Assembly: GCA_019721035.1 (NCBI GenBank)
Contig: JAHEAA010000003.1
Location: 54,994 to 118,993 of the forward strand
Reading direction: 5' to 3'
DNA length: 64,000 nucleotides
Origin: Candidatus Sysuiplasma acidicola
GTDB taxonomy: Archaea > Thermoplasmatota > Thermoplasmata > Sysuiplasmatales > Sysuiplasmataceae
Shown: in pieces, positions 27,899-37,965 of the stretch
Numbering within the stretch: position 1 is the first letter of the stretch
How the letters are laid out: each line of letters starts with the position of its first letter
Notes under the pieces: model-generated
What the model saw: the letters and a program-made list of their open reading frames with translations, nothing else
Told to the model about the DNA's origin: nothing
Databases searched by the model: none
Made by a program: the position numbers and the translations under genes

Positions 27899-28546
27899 GT
27901 GCTTAACATGCAGGGGCAAGGACCTACCAAGATCATCTGTGTCGGAAGGAATTATGCCGAACATGCCTCCGAACTGGGCAATGCCGTTCCAGAAAAACTG
28001 CTCTATTTTCTCAAGCCGCCGAGCTCGCTGCTCGGTAATGGCGGTAATGTCGTCCTGCCCGCCGGCGTCGGGCGGGTGGACTGCGAGGGAGAGCTCGGTG
28101 TGGTCATCGGCAAAAGAACAAAGAACATCGGCGAGCAGGACGCGATGCAATCCGTGAAGGGTTATGTGGTGTGCGACGACGTCACCGCGAGGGACATACA
28201 GACAGCCGCCAAACGGAAAGGCGAACCGTGGACGGTGTCGAAAGGGTATGACACATTTTTTCCCGCGACAGACATGGTTCCTGCGGCAAGCGCTATCGAT
28301 ATTCGCTCGCTCGGCATAGAGACGAAAGTGAACGGCGAGATCAGGCAGAGGGGCAACACCTCTGACATGATATTTTCCATTTCATCCATCATCAGCACTG
28401 TCTCAACGGTAATGACGCTGGAGGATGGCGACATCATTGCAACCGGCACACCCGCAGGCGTTTCGCCGATAAAAGCAGGCGACACGGTGGAAGTGAAGAT
28501 TGAGGGCATCGGCACGCTGAAACACGGCGTAGTTTCATCCGTCTGA
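27899..28546 (+). CDS. fumarylacetoacetate hydrolase (FAH) family protein
   Basis: KIICVGRNYAEHA...YFLKPPSSL...DCEGELGVVIGK are classic FAH-fold blocks. Confidence 0.7.
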   Translation: MLNMQGQGPTKIICVGRNYAEHASELGNAVPEKLLYFLKPPSSLLGNGGNVVLPAGVGRVDCEGELGVVIGKRTKNIGEQDAMQSVKGYVVCDDVTARDIQTAAKRKGEPWTVSKGYDTFFPATDMVPAASAIDIRSLGIETKVNGEIRQRGNTSDMIFSISSIISTVSTVMTLEDGDIIATGTPAGVSPIKAGDTVEVKIEGIGTLKHGVVSSV

Positions 28547-28559
28547 CTCTTTTCGCGGC

Positions 28560-31346
28560 TCAGTCCCAGAAACGTTTCGTCCTAGCAAAAATTATCTCCT
28601 GCTCGAGTATGTCCTTCAGCACTTGCTCTTCCTGATCGCCCTGCTTCGAAAGTATTCTTGCGGCACTGTCCGGCCCTATGCCCCTTCCCGCAAGCACCAG
28701 CATTGCTCTCTGACCGTATTCCATGACGAGGTTGGCGTTCTTCCTGAGCTTCCGCACTTCCCTGATCTCTTCATCGCTGAATTTTTTCTGGGATTTCAGT
28801 TTGCGCGGCAGCCGTCCGCGGTCATAGCTGCTCAGCGCCGCCACCATCGGGCTGGAACATTTCCAGCATTTTACCCGTCTTCCTTCCCTCGACGGTTTGC
28901 TTTTCCATTTCGCCTCGCAGTGTAGACAGAGCATCGAAAACTCCTCTTCCATCAGCCTCTTCTTCAGCGCCTCCAGTATGCCTCTGTCGGCCCTGGCCGG
29001 CCGGTAAAGTTCCCTCGTCGCATCGAGTCCCTTTCTTCCGTATGCGGAGAGTGGTGCGTAGACAATCTGTATCCTTCCTGATGCGATGTCATTGAGCACA
29101 CCGGATGCCCTGCCGACATCCATACTCTCCCAGATGCTCTTGTCTATTGTTTCCTCCATCACAGGCGTGTGCTCGAAGGAGGCCATGAGTTTCGTCATGT
29201 TCAGCTCGCGGTAGTCGGCATCTTTTCTCACGATACCGAATTTCTTCGCCACAAAGAGAAACTGCCATTTGGAATAGGAAACATTTGACACGATCTTTCT
29301 CATGAACGAGTCCAGTGCTTCGGGCGGTATGGAGCGGATTGCCTCCTCTATCCACTCCTTCCTTGCGCTGCGGGGAAGCTCCAGCATGATCCTGTACGGA
29401 TCGATATCAATGCCTACGCTCTCGCCGGATCTCGCGGAAATCACCGCTGCAATCATCCTGGACAGCGTTTCGTTCACCCTCGTGCCGAAACACGCGTTGA
29501 CGACCGCTCTCCTTCCTTCTGTCTCTATCACGATGCGATCGTCCGTTGCCGTAATGCACGGCTCCGTCACGCCGGAGAGGTATTCAGCAACTTTCATACT
29601 CGCCTCCGCATCGAGCGGATAGTCCATGACATTCCTCTTCTTGCGCAGCTGTCCGACTTCCTGCGCAACTTCGAATGGAACCGGTATCTCCTCGCCCACC
29701 CATGAGGGAAGGGCTCCGAAAACGGACACGGGCTCCACAAGGAGTTCCGTCTCCCTTAGTTCCACGACCCTCCAGCTTCTGCCATGTGTGATGAAAGACG
29801 CGCCCTGTTCCGCGAATGAAACGACGAAACCCTCGTCGAGCGTCCCGATCACCTTCCTCGTGCTTATGTCCCTGACGCTGAAGGTCTTCTCGTCCCTGAT
29901 CATGGATATATTGTCGTAGAAGTAACGCAGCCCTCTCATTGACCTCCTGACCGTTCCTTCCTCGACCTTTATCAGCTTGTATTGTTCGGCAAAGGAGAAG
30001 ACCTCGTTGAATTCCCACTCTGCGAGATGCCTGAACGGATAGCTCCTGCGGATTGTCGACAGCATGGATTCGCGTGTGTAGGTGCCCTCGGCGGACATAG
30101 CAATGATCTGATTCGAAAGCACCGTCAGCGGCTTCTCCCTGACTGTCTGCTCTTCCAGCACTTCTGCCATTGCCCTTCTGGCGATGACCGAACCCTCGAT
30201 CATCTCATCCTCGTCAAACGCAACAATGCATCCCCTGCTGACTTCAGTTGCTCTGTGTCCTGATCTCCCTATCCTCTGCAGCAGGCGCGTGACCTGTCTC
30301 GGCGAGTTGAACTGAATGGTGAAGTCGGCAGTTCCAATATCTATGCCGAGCTCCAGCGAGGATGTGCATATCAGGCATTTCAGTCTGCCTGATTTGAACT
30401 CCTCTTCCATCTGCACTCTCAGCTCTTTTGACAGTGAACCGTGATGGACGCCGATCTGGAAATCGGGAGACCATATTCTGTATCTGGAGGATATAGCCTC
30501 CGCAAGATCCCTGGTGTTGACAAAAAAGAGTGTGCTGCCGTGACTCTCGATCAGTCTTTTCGTCTCCTGTATGGCGGAAGCCATTCCTTCGTCGACCTGG
30601 AGATTTGCAGAGAGTTCATCGGTCCGATCGTCGCGCTTCGGGCATCTGACATCAATCTCCCTGAGTTTTTCCACGGGAATCGCGGCTATCTGCACTTCCC
30701 TGTCAGATACAAGAAGCTTGGAAACCTCGGAGGGCGAACCCACGGTTGCCGACAGCCCGATTCTCTGGAATTCGCCAGCCATGTTAGCCAGTCTCTCAAG
30801 AGCGACGGACAGCTGTGCGCCTCTCTCGCCGCTGACGAGTTCGTGAAGTTCGTCCACAACAACAAACCTGACAGCTGCGAGCGCGTTTCTGAGTTTCTTG
30901 CCCGTGAGCAATATCTGCACCGTTTCAGGCGTAGTAATCAGTATGTCCGGAGGATTTGCGGACTGTCTGTTCCTCTCGCTTTGCGAAGTGTCCCCATGCC
31001 TCACCGCAGCTGTCAGCCCGACCGATGCCGCAAGTTCTTTCAGCCTTACAAGCATATCCCTGTTCAGCGCCCTGAGCGGTGTTATGTAAAGACATCTGAT
31101 GCCGCCGGATCCCTTTTCCTCGATCATTTTCTGAAGAACCGGAAGCATGGCTGCTTCAGTCTTGCCTATTCCCGTAGGCGCGCAGACCAGTATGTTTTTG
31201 CCGCCGTACACGGGCAGGAAGACATTCTCCTGCACAGGGTGCAGTTCGATTATGTTCCTGCTCCTGAGCACTTCCCGCAGTCTGGCATCCAGTAAGTCCA
31301 TGGGGCTCTTTGCTGCCCCCGTCATCAATAGGTGTTCATCCATCAA
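28560..31346 (-). CDS. lhr: Lhr-type large superfamily-2 ATP-dependent helicase
   Basis: Walker A CAPTGIGKTEAA, DEAH-like VVVDELHE, helicase C motifs, and a C-terminal Zn-finger (CLHCE...CWKCSS). 928 aa. Confidence 0.75.
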   Translation of the reverse strand: MMDEHLLMTGAAKSPMDLLDARLREVLRSRNIIELHPVQENVFLPVYGGKNILVCAPTGIGKTEAAMLPVLQKMIEEKGSGGIRCLYITPLRALNRDMLVRLKELAASVGLTAAVRHGDTSQSERNRQSANPPDILITTPETVQILLTGKKLRNALAAVRFVVVDELHELVSGERGAQLSVALERLANMAGEFQRIGLSATVGSPSEVSKLLVSDREVQIAAIPVEKLREIDVRCPKRDDRTDELSANLQVDEGMASAIQETKRLIESHGSTLFFVNTRDLAEAISSRYRIWSPDFQIGVHHGSLSKELRVQMEEEFKSGRLKCLICTSSLELGIDIGTADFTIQFNSPRQVTRLLQRIGRSGHRATEVSRGCIVAFDEDEMIEGSVIARRAMAEVLEEQTVREKPLTVLSNQIIAMSAEGTYTRESMLSTIRRSYPFRHLAEWEFNEVFSFAEQYKLIKVEEGTVRRSMRGLRYFYDNISMIRDEKTFSVRDISTRKVIGTLDEGFVVSFAEQGASFITHGRSWRVVELRETELLVEPVSVFGALPSWVGEEIPVPFEVAQEVGQLRKKRNVMDYPLDAEASMKVAEYLSGVTEPCITATDDRIVIETEGRRAVVNACFGTRVNETLSRMIAAVISARSGESVGIDIDPYRIMLELPRSARKEWIEEAIRSIPPEALDSFMRKIVSNVSYSKWQFLFVAKKFGIVRKDADYRELNMTKLMASFEHTPVMEETIDKSIWESMDVGRASGVLNDIASGRIQIVYAPLSAYGRKGLDATRELYRPARADRGILEALKKRLMEEEFSMLCLHCEAKWKSKPSREGRRVKCWKCSSPMVAALSSYDRGRLPRKLKSQKKFSDEEIREVRKLRKNANLVMEYGQRAMLVLAGRGIGPDSAARILSKQGDQEEQVLKDILEQEIIFARTKRFWD

Positions 31347-31645
31347 GACTCTTGAGTTAAGACCTGCTCCCCTGATTAAAGGGTTTCTCTATGCGTCAAT
31401 TCCTTCAGTTTACTGTCTGCTCTCAGGATTAATATCTGTTGCCGCGTAAGTCGCCCGTCACTTGGTGCAAACTCTGTCATCGGACCGTGCTGTTTGGATA
31501 GAATGATATTCTGTCCTATGTTGCTTTGGAAAATCTGTCCAGGAGGATATCAGTTCAATCGGCACAGTGTTAATGAGAGCGCCTGACTTGCAGCAGCATG
31601 TGCTATAAGTGTGCTAGAAACGACTGTGACTTCGCAACGCGATAG

Positions 31646-31885
31646 TCACTTTCTGATGGCATCAATAATTTCCTTAGCATCCGGATATCTGCCCTGCTTC
31701 TCTTTCGAAAAGACAACACTGTCGTCCACCAGCACTTCGAAAATGCCCTTGTCGCCGGGCTGCAGATTCAGGCTGAGGTTCTTGTTGTATGCCATGCCGT
31801 ACGCCTGCAGCACATCCTTCGCAAGATCCAGTGCCCTTGGCATGAAGCCGCATGGCTGGCAATATTTTATCGTTATGGTTTTCAT
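31646..31885 (-). CDS. Rdx/SelW-like CxxC redox protein
   Basis: IKYCQPCGF N-terminal CxxC motif in a ~79-aa protein is typical of the Rdx (SelW/SelT) family, here in a Cys rather than Sec version. Confidence 0.55.
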   Translation of the reverse strand: MKTITIKYCQPCGFMPRALDLAKDVLQAYGMAYNKNLSLNLQPGDKGIFEVLVDDSVVFSKEKQGRYPDAKEIIDAIRK

Positions 31886-32110
31886 GTTTGTTCCAGAATT
31901 GCAAATTCATATATCTGCTTGATCCAAAATGTTGGCATGATGGCGTCCAGCACAACGCTGAATCCCGGCCAGATTTCCCTCGGTGCCTGCGGCAATGTGC
32001 AGTCAGTTTTCCTCCATCCAGGGTTGTGTCCTTCAGCATGCATCTTCGCCACAGGCAAACATGCGTCGCAAGGTTAATTATGTAGGTTAATATCGGAACT
32101 TTGACGTGAT

Positions 32111-33073
32111 ATGAAACAGCACAGTTCCAGAGAGCTAGGGTTTATGCCGGAGTTTGATGTGACTAAGTCTGTTGTAATCAGACATCCAGAGAAAAATGCA
32201 CCGGGATACTGGGTCGGCGCTCCCTCTGCATTGGTTCTGGGTAACAGTATCTACCTGACATATAGAATCAGAAGACCGAGAGGGGAAGGCAGAGGCGTGA
32301 TAAACAGGATTGCTGTCAGCGATGACGGTATCAGTTTCAGGGATGAATTCGAAATAGAAAAGAGCGCACTTGGAAATTCGCCATCCATCGAACGGAGCTG
32401 CCTGGTCCCGATCGCGAGTGGTTTCAGATTGTATTTCAGCTATGTGAATCCGGCGACCAATGTCTGGCAGATAGATATGATGGAAGCGCCATCAGTCAAG
32501 TCCTTCGACATAGCCTCAAGAAAGAACGTGCTGACTGCGGATGCTGCGGGCGCAAGCGGGGTGAAAGACCCTTACATCGTCACAATGGGTAACTTCTATC
32601 TGATGTACGTCAGCTACGCTCCTCTACCACAGACCGCAGTGTCTGGTCTGCATGCTACCGCCGACGCCTTCGCCACCGGACTGACGACATCCAACAGCGG
32701 TCTTGCGATCAGCGCCGACGGCGTGAATTTCAGATGGGCGGGAGAGGTAATAGGTCTCGGAAAGGGATGGGATTCTAGCACTACCCGCATAAGCTCTGTT
32801 GCCAGGACTCCCTGGGGTTTCGTCTCGTTCTATGACGGCTCCGCGAGCATTGAAGAGAATTACGAAGAGAGGTGCGGTATGGCCATAACAGCCGATCTGA
32901 AGCATTTTCTGCGGCTCTCCACCGAGGCTCCGTCACTGCTTGGCGAAGGCGGCAGATCAGTGCGATACGTCGATCCGGTTATGTTCCGTGGCAAGCTGAT
33001 TTATTATTTTGAAACGACGCGTGCCGACGGGTCACACGAGCTCAGGGCGCAGCCCTGCGACGTGGAGAGCTGA
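32111..33073 (+). CDS. beta-propeller glycoside-hydrolase-like protein (GH43/GH130-like fold)
   Basis: Repeated blade-like segments with a DPYIV...FYLMYVS pattern reminiscent of 5-bladed propeller glycosidases/phosphorylases. Assignment is tentative. Confidence 0.4.
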   Translation: MKQHSSRELGFMPEFDVTKSVVIRHPEKNAPGYWVGAPSALVLGNSIYLTYRIRRPRGEGRGVINRIAVSDDGISFRDEFEIEKSALGNSPSIERSCLVPIASGFRLYFSYVNPATNVWQIDMMEAPSVKSFDIASRKNVLTADAAGASGVKDPYIVTMGNFYLMYVSYAPLPQTAVSGLHATADAFATGLTTSNSGLAISADGVNFRWAGEVIGLGKGWDSSTTRISSVARTPWGFVSFYDGSASIEENYEERCGMAITADLKHFLRLSTEAPSLLGEGGRSVRYVDPVMFRGKLIYYFETTRADGSHELRAQPCDVES

Positions 33074-33078
33074 ATTCG

Positions 33079-34170
33079 ATGCGAACAACAGGCGTTTCCA
33101 TTTTCACCGGAATGGAATACAGCGTCGAGGACAATCTGCGTTATCTGGAAAAGGCATCAAGCAAGGGGTTCAAGAGAATATTCACGAGCATGCAAAGACC
33201 GGGTTCGGACCCGGCCCGCGTCAGTGTGGAAATGCCAATCGTCACGAAGAGGGTGAAGGAACTAGGCATGGAAATCGTCACAGACATTTCTCCACGCGCT
33301 CTCACAATATTCAACGCAACGCTCGATGATCTTTCGCCATTTCGAAAAGCAGGTGTCACCGCGCTTCGTCTGGACGACGGGTTTACCAACCGACAGGCGG
33401 CCGAGATAACACATAACGAAGCCGGTCTCAGGATCGAGCTGAATGGATGCCACTATTTTGATTCCGACCTCGATGAAATGCTTGCGAATGGCGCGGACGT
33501 GCGCAACCTTCAGGCCAGTTTCAACTATTATCCGCGTTTCGAGTCAGGTATATCAATGGACTTCCTGAAGCAGCAGGCGTCCGCATACTCCGGTCATGGT
33601 ATACCCCTTTTTGCGTTCGTTCACTCGTCCACACTGCATACGCGCGTTACTGTGGAATCACACAGGTATATGTCTCCGGAGAGGGCCGCAGAGGAACTTT
33701 TTGCCGTGCACGGCATCGACACTGTGCTCATCGGCGATCCAATGGCGCCTGACAGGGATCTCGACGCGATAGCCGAAACCGGTTCAAGGGATTATGTCCG
33801 GATAAGAACCATACCGTCCAGTGACGCCACTGAAGCAGAAAAACATCTGCTGTTTGCAAACGAACTGACCGCAAAGCCTGGCACCATGCTTTCGCTGCGG
33901 CACACGTACAGATTTAAGCCGGAAGAGATTCACCGGATGGTTCCTCCGCGCAACTGCACTGCCCGCGGAGAATATTCCGTGACAATTGACAATGAGCGAT
34001 ACAGGGACGGCAACAACAATCTGAAAAATTCATGCGAGCTCAATCTATGGTTGGAGAAGATGCCCGCCGATGAGCGCATCAACGTTGTAGGCACAGTCTT
34101 CGAAGAGGACAGGGAGCTTGTCAGAATGGTCAGACCATTCAGGAAGTTTAAACTCGTTCCGTTTGTCTGA
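33079..34170 (+). CDS. mupG: DUF871/MupG-like TIM-barrel glycosidase (6-phospho-N-acetylmuramidase family)
   Basis: N-terminus GVSIFTGMEYSVEDNLRYLEKASSKGFKRIFTSMQ matches the DUF871 consensus (G.S.Y.....e....Yl..a...Gf.riFTSL). Convergent with the murQ-like gene. Confidence 0.55.
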   Translation: MRTTGVSIFTGMEYSVEDNLRYLEKASSKGFKRIFTSMQRPGSDPARVSVEMPIVTKRVKELGMEIVTDISPRALTIFNATLDDLSPFRKAGVTALRLDDGFTNRQAAEITHNEAGLRIELNGCHYFDSDLDEMLANGADVRNLQASFNYYPRFESGISMDFLKQQASAYSGHGIPLFAFVHSSTLHTRVTVESHRYMSPERAAEELFAVHGIDTVLIGDPMAPDRDLDAIAETGSRDYVRIRTIPSSDATEAEKHLLFANELTAKPGTMLSLRHTYRFKPEEIHRMVPPRNCTARGEYSVTIDNERYRDGNNNLKNSCELNLWLEKMPADERINVVGTVFEEDRELVRMVRPFRKFKLVPFV

Positions 34171-34187
34171 ATCCTTCCGACAGACGA

Positions 34188-35093
34188 TCAGAGCAGGGCA
34201 TTTCTCAGATTGCCTTTAGCTTCCGAGAGCCTGGCTTCGGCCTGCTCGACGCTCACGCCCTTCATAATCATAACAGCGGCAGTTTTTATGCTCCACCCGG
34301 CTCTTTCCAGAGCGTCTGCGGAACTGCGATAGTCTGCACCGGTTATGGTTGAAAGGATGTGCACCGATCGCTCTTTCATCTTCTCATTATGCGGTTTGAG
34401 TTCAATCATCATATTGTCGTACACCCTTCCGAGTTTAACGAAAACAGCGGACGAAATCATGTTCAGGACGAGTTTTTCCGACATTCCTGCCTTCATCCTC
34501 GATGAGCCGGCTATGACTTCCGGTCCCACCAGCAGCGTTATGACGTAATCGGCATGCTCCGCTATTGCAGCATTGCTAACGTTCACCAGCGCGGCGGATG
34601 TCGCCCCTCTCTCCTTTGCCCGCTTCATTGCGCCAATGACAAAAGGGGCTTTTCCGGACGCTGCGATGCCTATTATGAAATCGTCCTTGTGGACTTTCAG
34701 GGCATTCATGCTTTTTGCGCCGCATGCTGCACAATCCTCCGCACCCTCCTTCGCCTTTGTCATGGATCGGACGCCTCCTGCAAGAATAGACACGACAGTG
34801 CCGGTGGGTAAGCCGAAGGTCGGCACACATTCCGCGGCGTCAAGGAATCCTATTCTTCCAGCCGTCCCTGCACCCACGTATATGAGTCTTCCTCCTCTTC
34901 CAATGCATCCTGCAATAGCGTCGGTTACCTTCGCTATGACAGGCAGAGCACCTGCCACAATGCCCGGAACTTTGCTGTCCTCCTCATTTATCGTTTTCAG
35001 AAGAGATAGTGTGTCAAGCATGTCCAGTCTGCGAAATTTTTCGGATATTTCTTCCGTTTCAAGATGCATATATTTGCTTTCTGATTCAGGCAT
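34188..35093 (-). CDS. murQ: N-acetylmuramic acid 6-phosphate etherase-like SIS-domain protein
   Basis: RLIYVGAGTAGRIGFLDAAECVPTFG is nearly identical to the MurQ core (GAGTSGRLGvLDAsECpPTFg). N-terminal LDMLDTLSLLKTINEEDSKVP also matches MurQ. Last gene of the minus-strand ABC operon. The start may instead be the internal Met at about 35069. Confidence 0.7.
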   Translation of the reverse strand: MPESESKYMHLETEEISEKFRRLDMLDTLSLLKTINEEDSKVPGIVAGALPVIAKVTDAIAGCIGRGGRLIYVGAGTAGRIGFLDAAECVPTFGLPTGTVVSILAGGVRSMTKAKEGAEDCAACGAKSMNALKVHKDDFIIGIAASGKAPFVIGAMKRAKERGATSAALVNVSNAAIAEHADYVITLLVGPEVIAGSSRMKAGMSEKLVLNMISSAVFVKLGRVYDNMMIELKPHNEKMKERSVHILSTITGADYRSSADALERAGWSIKTAAVMIMKGVSVEQAEARLSEAKGNLRNALL

Positions 35094-35099
35094 AGCTGA

Positions 35100-36086
35100 T
35101 CACTCGTAAAGGAAGCATGAAGCCCCGTGCCCGTCGCCGGTATCGTACATCGGCGGTTCGGCGACGCGGCACCGATCCATGACAAACCGGCATCTGGATG
35201 CGAACCTGCATCCGCTCGCCGAATAGCTCTCTTCAGCGCCGCCGCCCGCGTCGTCCAGGGTGAGGAAGGAGGATGCCCTTTCTGGATCAGGAACTGGAAC
35301 TGAATCGACGAGCAGCATGGTGTATGGATGCTTTGGCTTCCCTATTACGTCGGCGGTCTTTCCCTGCTCCACGATCCTGCCGCGGAAGAAAATCAGCATC
35401 CTGTCACCCATGAATTTCGCACTCGATATGTCATGCGTTATGAAGAGAAAGGAGGTACCGCCGTCGCGCGAGAGTTTTTTCATCCTGTTGAGCATTTCTG
35501 CTCTCAGCGAAACGTCTAGCATGGAGACAGGTTCGTCGGCAACTATGAACTGGGGTTTCAGTATCATTGCCCGGGCTATGGACACACGCTGCCTCTGTCC
35601 TCCGCTGAGCTCGCTCGGCAGCTTGTGCATGAACTGTCCCGCGGGCTTGAGTCCCATGCTTTCAAGATGCTCAGCCACCTTTTCCTCCTTATCCTTTCGT
35701 GACAGATTCTTTTCGAAAATGTTCAGCGGTTTCGACACGCTTGCAAACACCGAGAAGAGTGGATTTAGAGAGTCATACGGGTCCTGCAGGATCATCTGTA
35801 CGTTCCGCCGGAAGGAAATCATCTCCGTCTTGCTCATGTCGAAGATGTTCTTTCCGTGAAATCTGACTTCTCCTGACGTCGGTTCCAAGAGTCGAACCAT
35901 CAGCCTTCCAAGTGTTGTCTTGCCACTGCCGCTTTCTCCGACAACAGAAACTATTTCGTTCGTTCCGATATCGAACGACGCGCCGGCGACAGCCTCGACA
36001 TGTCGTCTTTTTCCCATCCTGTTCAGAAAACTCTTCGACTGGCCGAATATTTTCCGGAGGTCTGTTACTTCAACCAGTTTTTCCAT
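35100..36086 (-). CDS. Opp/Dpp-family ABC transporter ATP-binding protein (OppF-like)
   Basis: Walker A GESGSGKTT, ABC signature LSGGQRQR, and a C-terminal oligopeptide-type extension. Confidence 0.8.
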   Translation of the reverse strand: MEKLVEVTDLRKIFGQSKSFLNRMGKRRHVEAVAGASFDIGTNEIVSVVGESGSGKTTLGRLMVRLLEPTSGEVRFHGKNIFDMSKTEMISFRRNVQMILQDPYDSLNPLFSVFASVSKPLNIFEKNLSRKDKEEKVAEHLESMGLKPAGQFMHKLPSELSGGQRQRVSIARAMILKPQFIVADEPVSMLDVSLRAEMLNRMKKLSRDGGTSFLFITHDISSAKFMGDRMLIFFRGRIVEQGKTADVIGKPKHPYTMLLVDSVPVPDPERASSFLTLDDAGGGAEESYSASGCRFASRCRFVMDRCRVAEPPMYDTGDGHGASCFLYE

Positions 36087-37074
36087 TCACTGACATCTCC
36101 GCGTTATGGCACGAAACCAAATGTGCATCTCCCAGCGCACGCAATTCAGGCGTCTCTCTCGTACACAATTCTGTAGCGATATTGCATCTCGGAGCAAACG
36201 GACAACCACCGATGTCGCTCGAAAGGTCAGGCGGCGAGCCGTTTATCTCAACAAGCTCTGTCTGTCTTTCGTCGATGCGCGGTATGGTAGACATGAGCCC
36301 CCTCGTGTATGGATGAAGGGGCCTCCTGAATAGCGTCTTCACATCGCCGATTTCTACGATCGAACCGGCATACATCACTGCGACCCTGTCTGCGATTGAC
36401 GCGAGGAGTGAAATGTCATGCGTTATGAATATTACAGACAGATTGAGTTTATCTTTCGTATCCATCAGCAGTTTCAATATCTTCCTCTGCACAACGACAT
36501 CCAGCGCTGTTGTGGGTTCATCCGCCACGACAAGTTCGGGGCCGCAGACGAGCGCCATCGCTATGGCAACCCTCTGCTTCATGCCACCGGAGAGCTCATG
36601 AGGATAGTTCTTCCGTATCGAGTCGTCAAGGTGCACAAGCTCAAGATAGGACGTTATGTTGTTCTCGATTGTTTCATCGTTGAATCCATGCCAGAACATG
36701 GCATCCGCCAGCTGATCGCCTATTCTTGCCACCGGATTCAGCGAGTTCATGGATCCCTGAAAAACGACAGAGACGTGCTTCCACCTGAGTCTTCTCAGTT
36801 CCTTTTCGGACAGCTTCAGTATTTCGATGCCTTCTCCCAGTGAGCTGTCTTCCGCGTTGAACACCATCTTTTCTGCGGAGATGTCAGTCGATTTGGGAAG
36901 CAGACGCAACAGCGACATGCCGAATGTGGACTTGCCACATCCACTCTCCCCTACGAGTCCGACAACTTCTCCTCTTCTGATGGATATGGACAGATTCCTG
37001 ACAGCATGAATGGTCCTGTTCTTTGTCCTGTATCGGATGTTCAATTTCGAAACTTCAAGCAATTCCGTGTGCAA
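36070..37074 (-). CDS. Opp/Dpp-family ABC transporter ATP-binding protein (OppD-like)
   Basis: Walker A GESGCGKST, LSGGMKQR, Walker B VVADEPTTALD. Confidence 0.8.
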   Translation of the reverse strand: MHTELLEVSKLNIRYRTKNRTIHAVRNLSISIRRGEVVGLVGESGCGKSTFGMSLLRLLPKSTDISAEKMVFNAEDSSLGEGIEILKLSEKELRRLRWKHVSVVFQGSMNSLNPVARIGDQLADAMFWHGFNDETIENNITSYLELVHLDDSIRKNYPHELSGGMKQRVAIAMALVCGPELVVADEPTTALDVVVQRKILKLLMDTKDKLNLSVIFITHDISLLASIADRVAVMYAGSIVEIGDVKTLFRRPLHPYTRGLMSTIPRIDERQTELVEINGSPPDLSSDIGGCPFAPRCNIATELCTRETPELRALGDAHLVSCHNAEMSVNGKTG

Positions 37075-37965
37075 TCACCCTGTCCTCATTTCCAGTGTAG
37101 TCTCAGCTATTCCGTTTGCGAGCATGTTCAGGCCCATGCCCAGGACACCGATGGCAATGCCCGGTGGGACTATCCACCACCACGCACTCTGTATTGCGGC
37201 ATCTTCGACCTGGGCCCAGTAGAGCATTGTTCCCCAGTTGACTGAATTCACATTTCCAAGCCCGAAGAACGCCAGACCGGCCTGTGCAATTATTGCGCCG
37301 ATGACGAGAAAAATCATGTTTATGAATATTATGGGTGCCATGTTCGGAAAGATGTCCTTGAACATTATGCTCAGATTACCGGATCCGGAGAGTTTCGAAA
37401 CTGCAACATATCCCCTCTCCTTCAGCGTAAGCACCTGCGATCTCACTACCCTGGACATGAATGGCCAGGAAAGCAGCGAGAGAATCAGTATGGTGGATGT
37501 GTTTGTGGGTGGAAGATATGCGCTCAGTATGACAAGCAGGGGAAAGGCTGGTATGACAAGGAGCATGTCGACAAAACGCATCAGTACGTCATCGGTATAT
37601 TTACCGAGGTACCCCGCGGTAAGTCCTACGGAGATGCCTATGCTGCTCGAAAACAGCGCGACGAAGAAACCCACCTTCAGCGACGTCGCAGTGCCTATGA
37701 CAAACCATGAGAAAACATCCTGACCGAGGTAGTTTGTGCCCAAAATATGCCTGGCTGAAGGCGGACTCCAAGGCGCTCCCGATTGCGCCAGAGGACTGAA
37801 TGGTGCAATGAATTTTCCGAGCAGACCAAGCGCGATGAAAAACAGCACTATAGATGCACCGAGAATGAATTTCCTGTTGTGTGTGAGTGGTATCAGCGGA
37901 CGTAGCAGTCTCTTCACAAGGAAGCGTACCGGGGATTGCTGCTTCACATCTGTCGAACTGTTCAA
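37075..37965 (-). CDS. Opp/Dpp-family ABC transporter permease (OppC-like)
   Basis: Six TM helices, EAA-like loop. ATGA-type overlap with the upstream permease gene. Confidence 0.8.
   Translation of the reverse strand: MNSSTDVKQQSPVRFLVKRLLRPLIPLTHNRKFILGASIVLFFIALGLLGKFIAPFSPLAQSGAPWSPPSARHILGTNYLGQDVFSWFVIGTATSLKVGFFVALFSSSIGISVGLTAGYLGKYTDDVLMRFVDMLLVIPAFPLLVILSAYLPPTNTSTILILSLLSWPFMSRVVRSQVLTLKERGYVAVSKLSGSGNLSIMFKDIFPNMAPIIFINMIFLVIGAIIAQAGLAFFGLGNVNSVNWGTMLYWAQVEDAAIQSAWWWIVPPGIAIGVLGMGLNMLANGIAETTLEMRTG

Noticed and set aside
31347-31645. 300-bp gap between the helicase start and the Rdx gene as a possible RNA gene
   Set aside because: No recognisable tRNA or other conserved structural motif by eye. 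Most simply the helicase promoter region.
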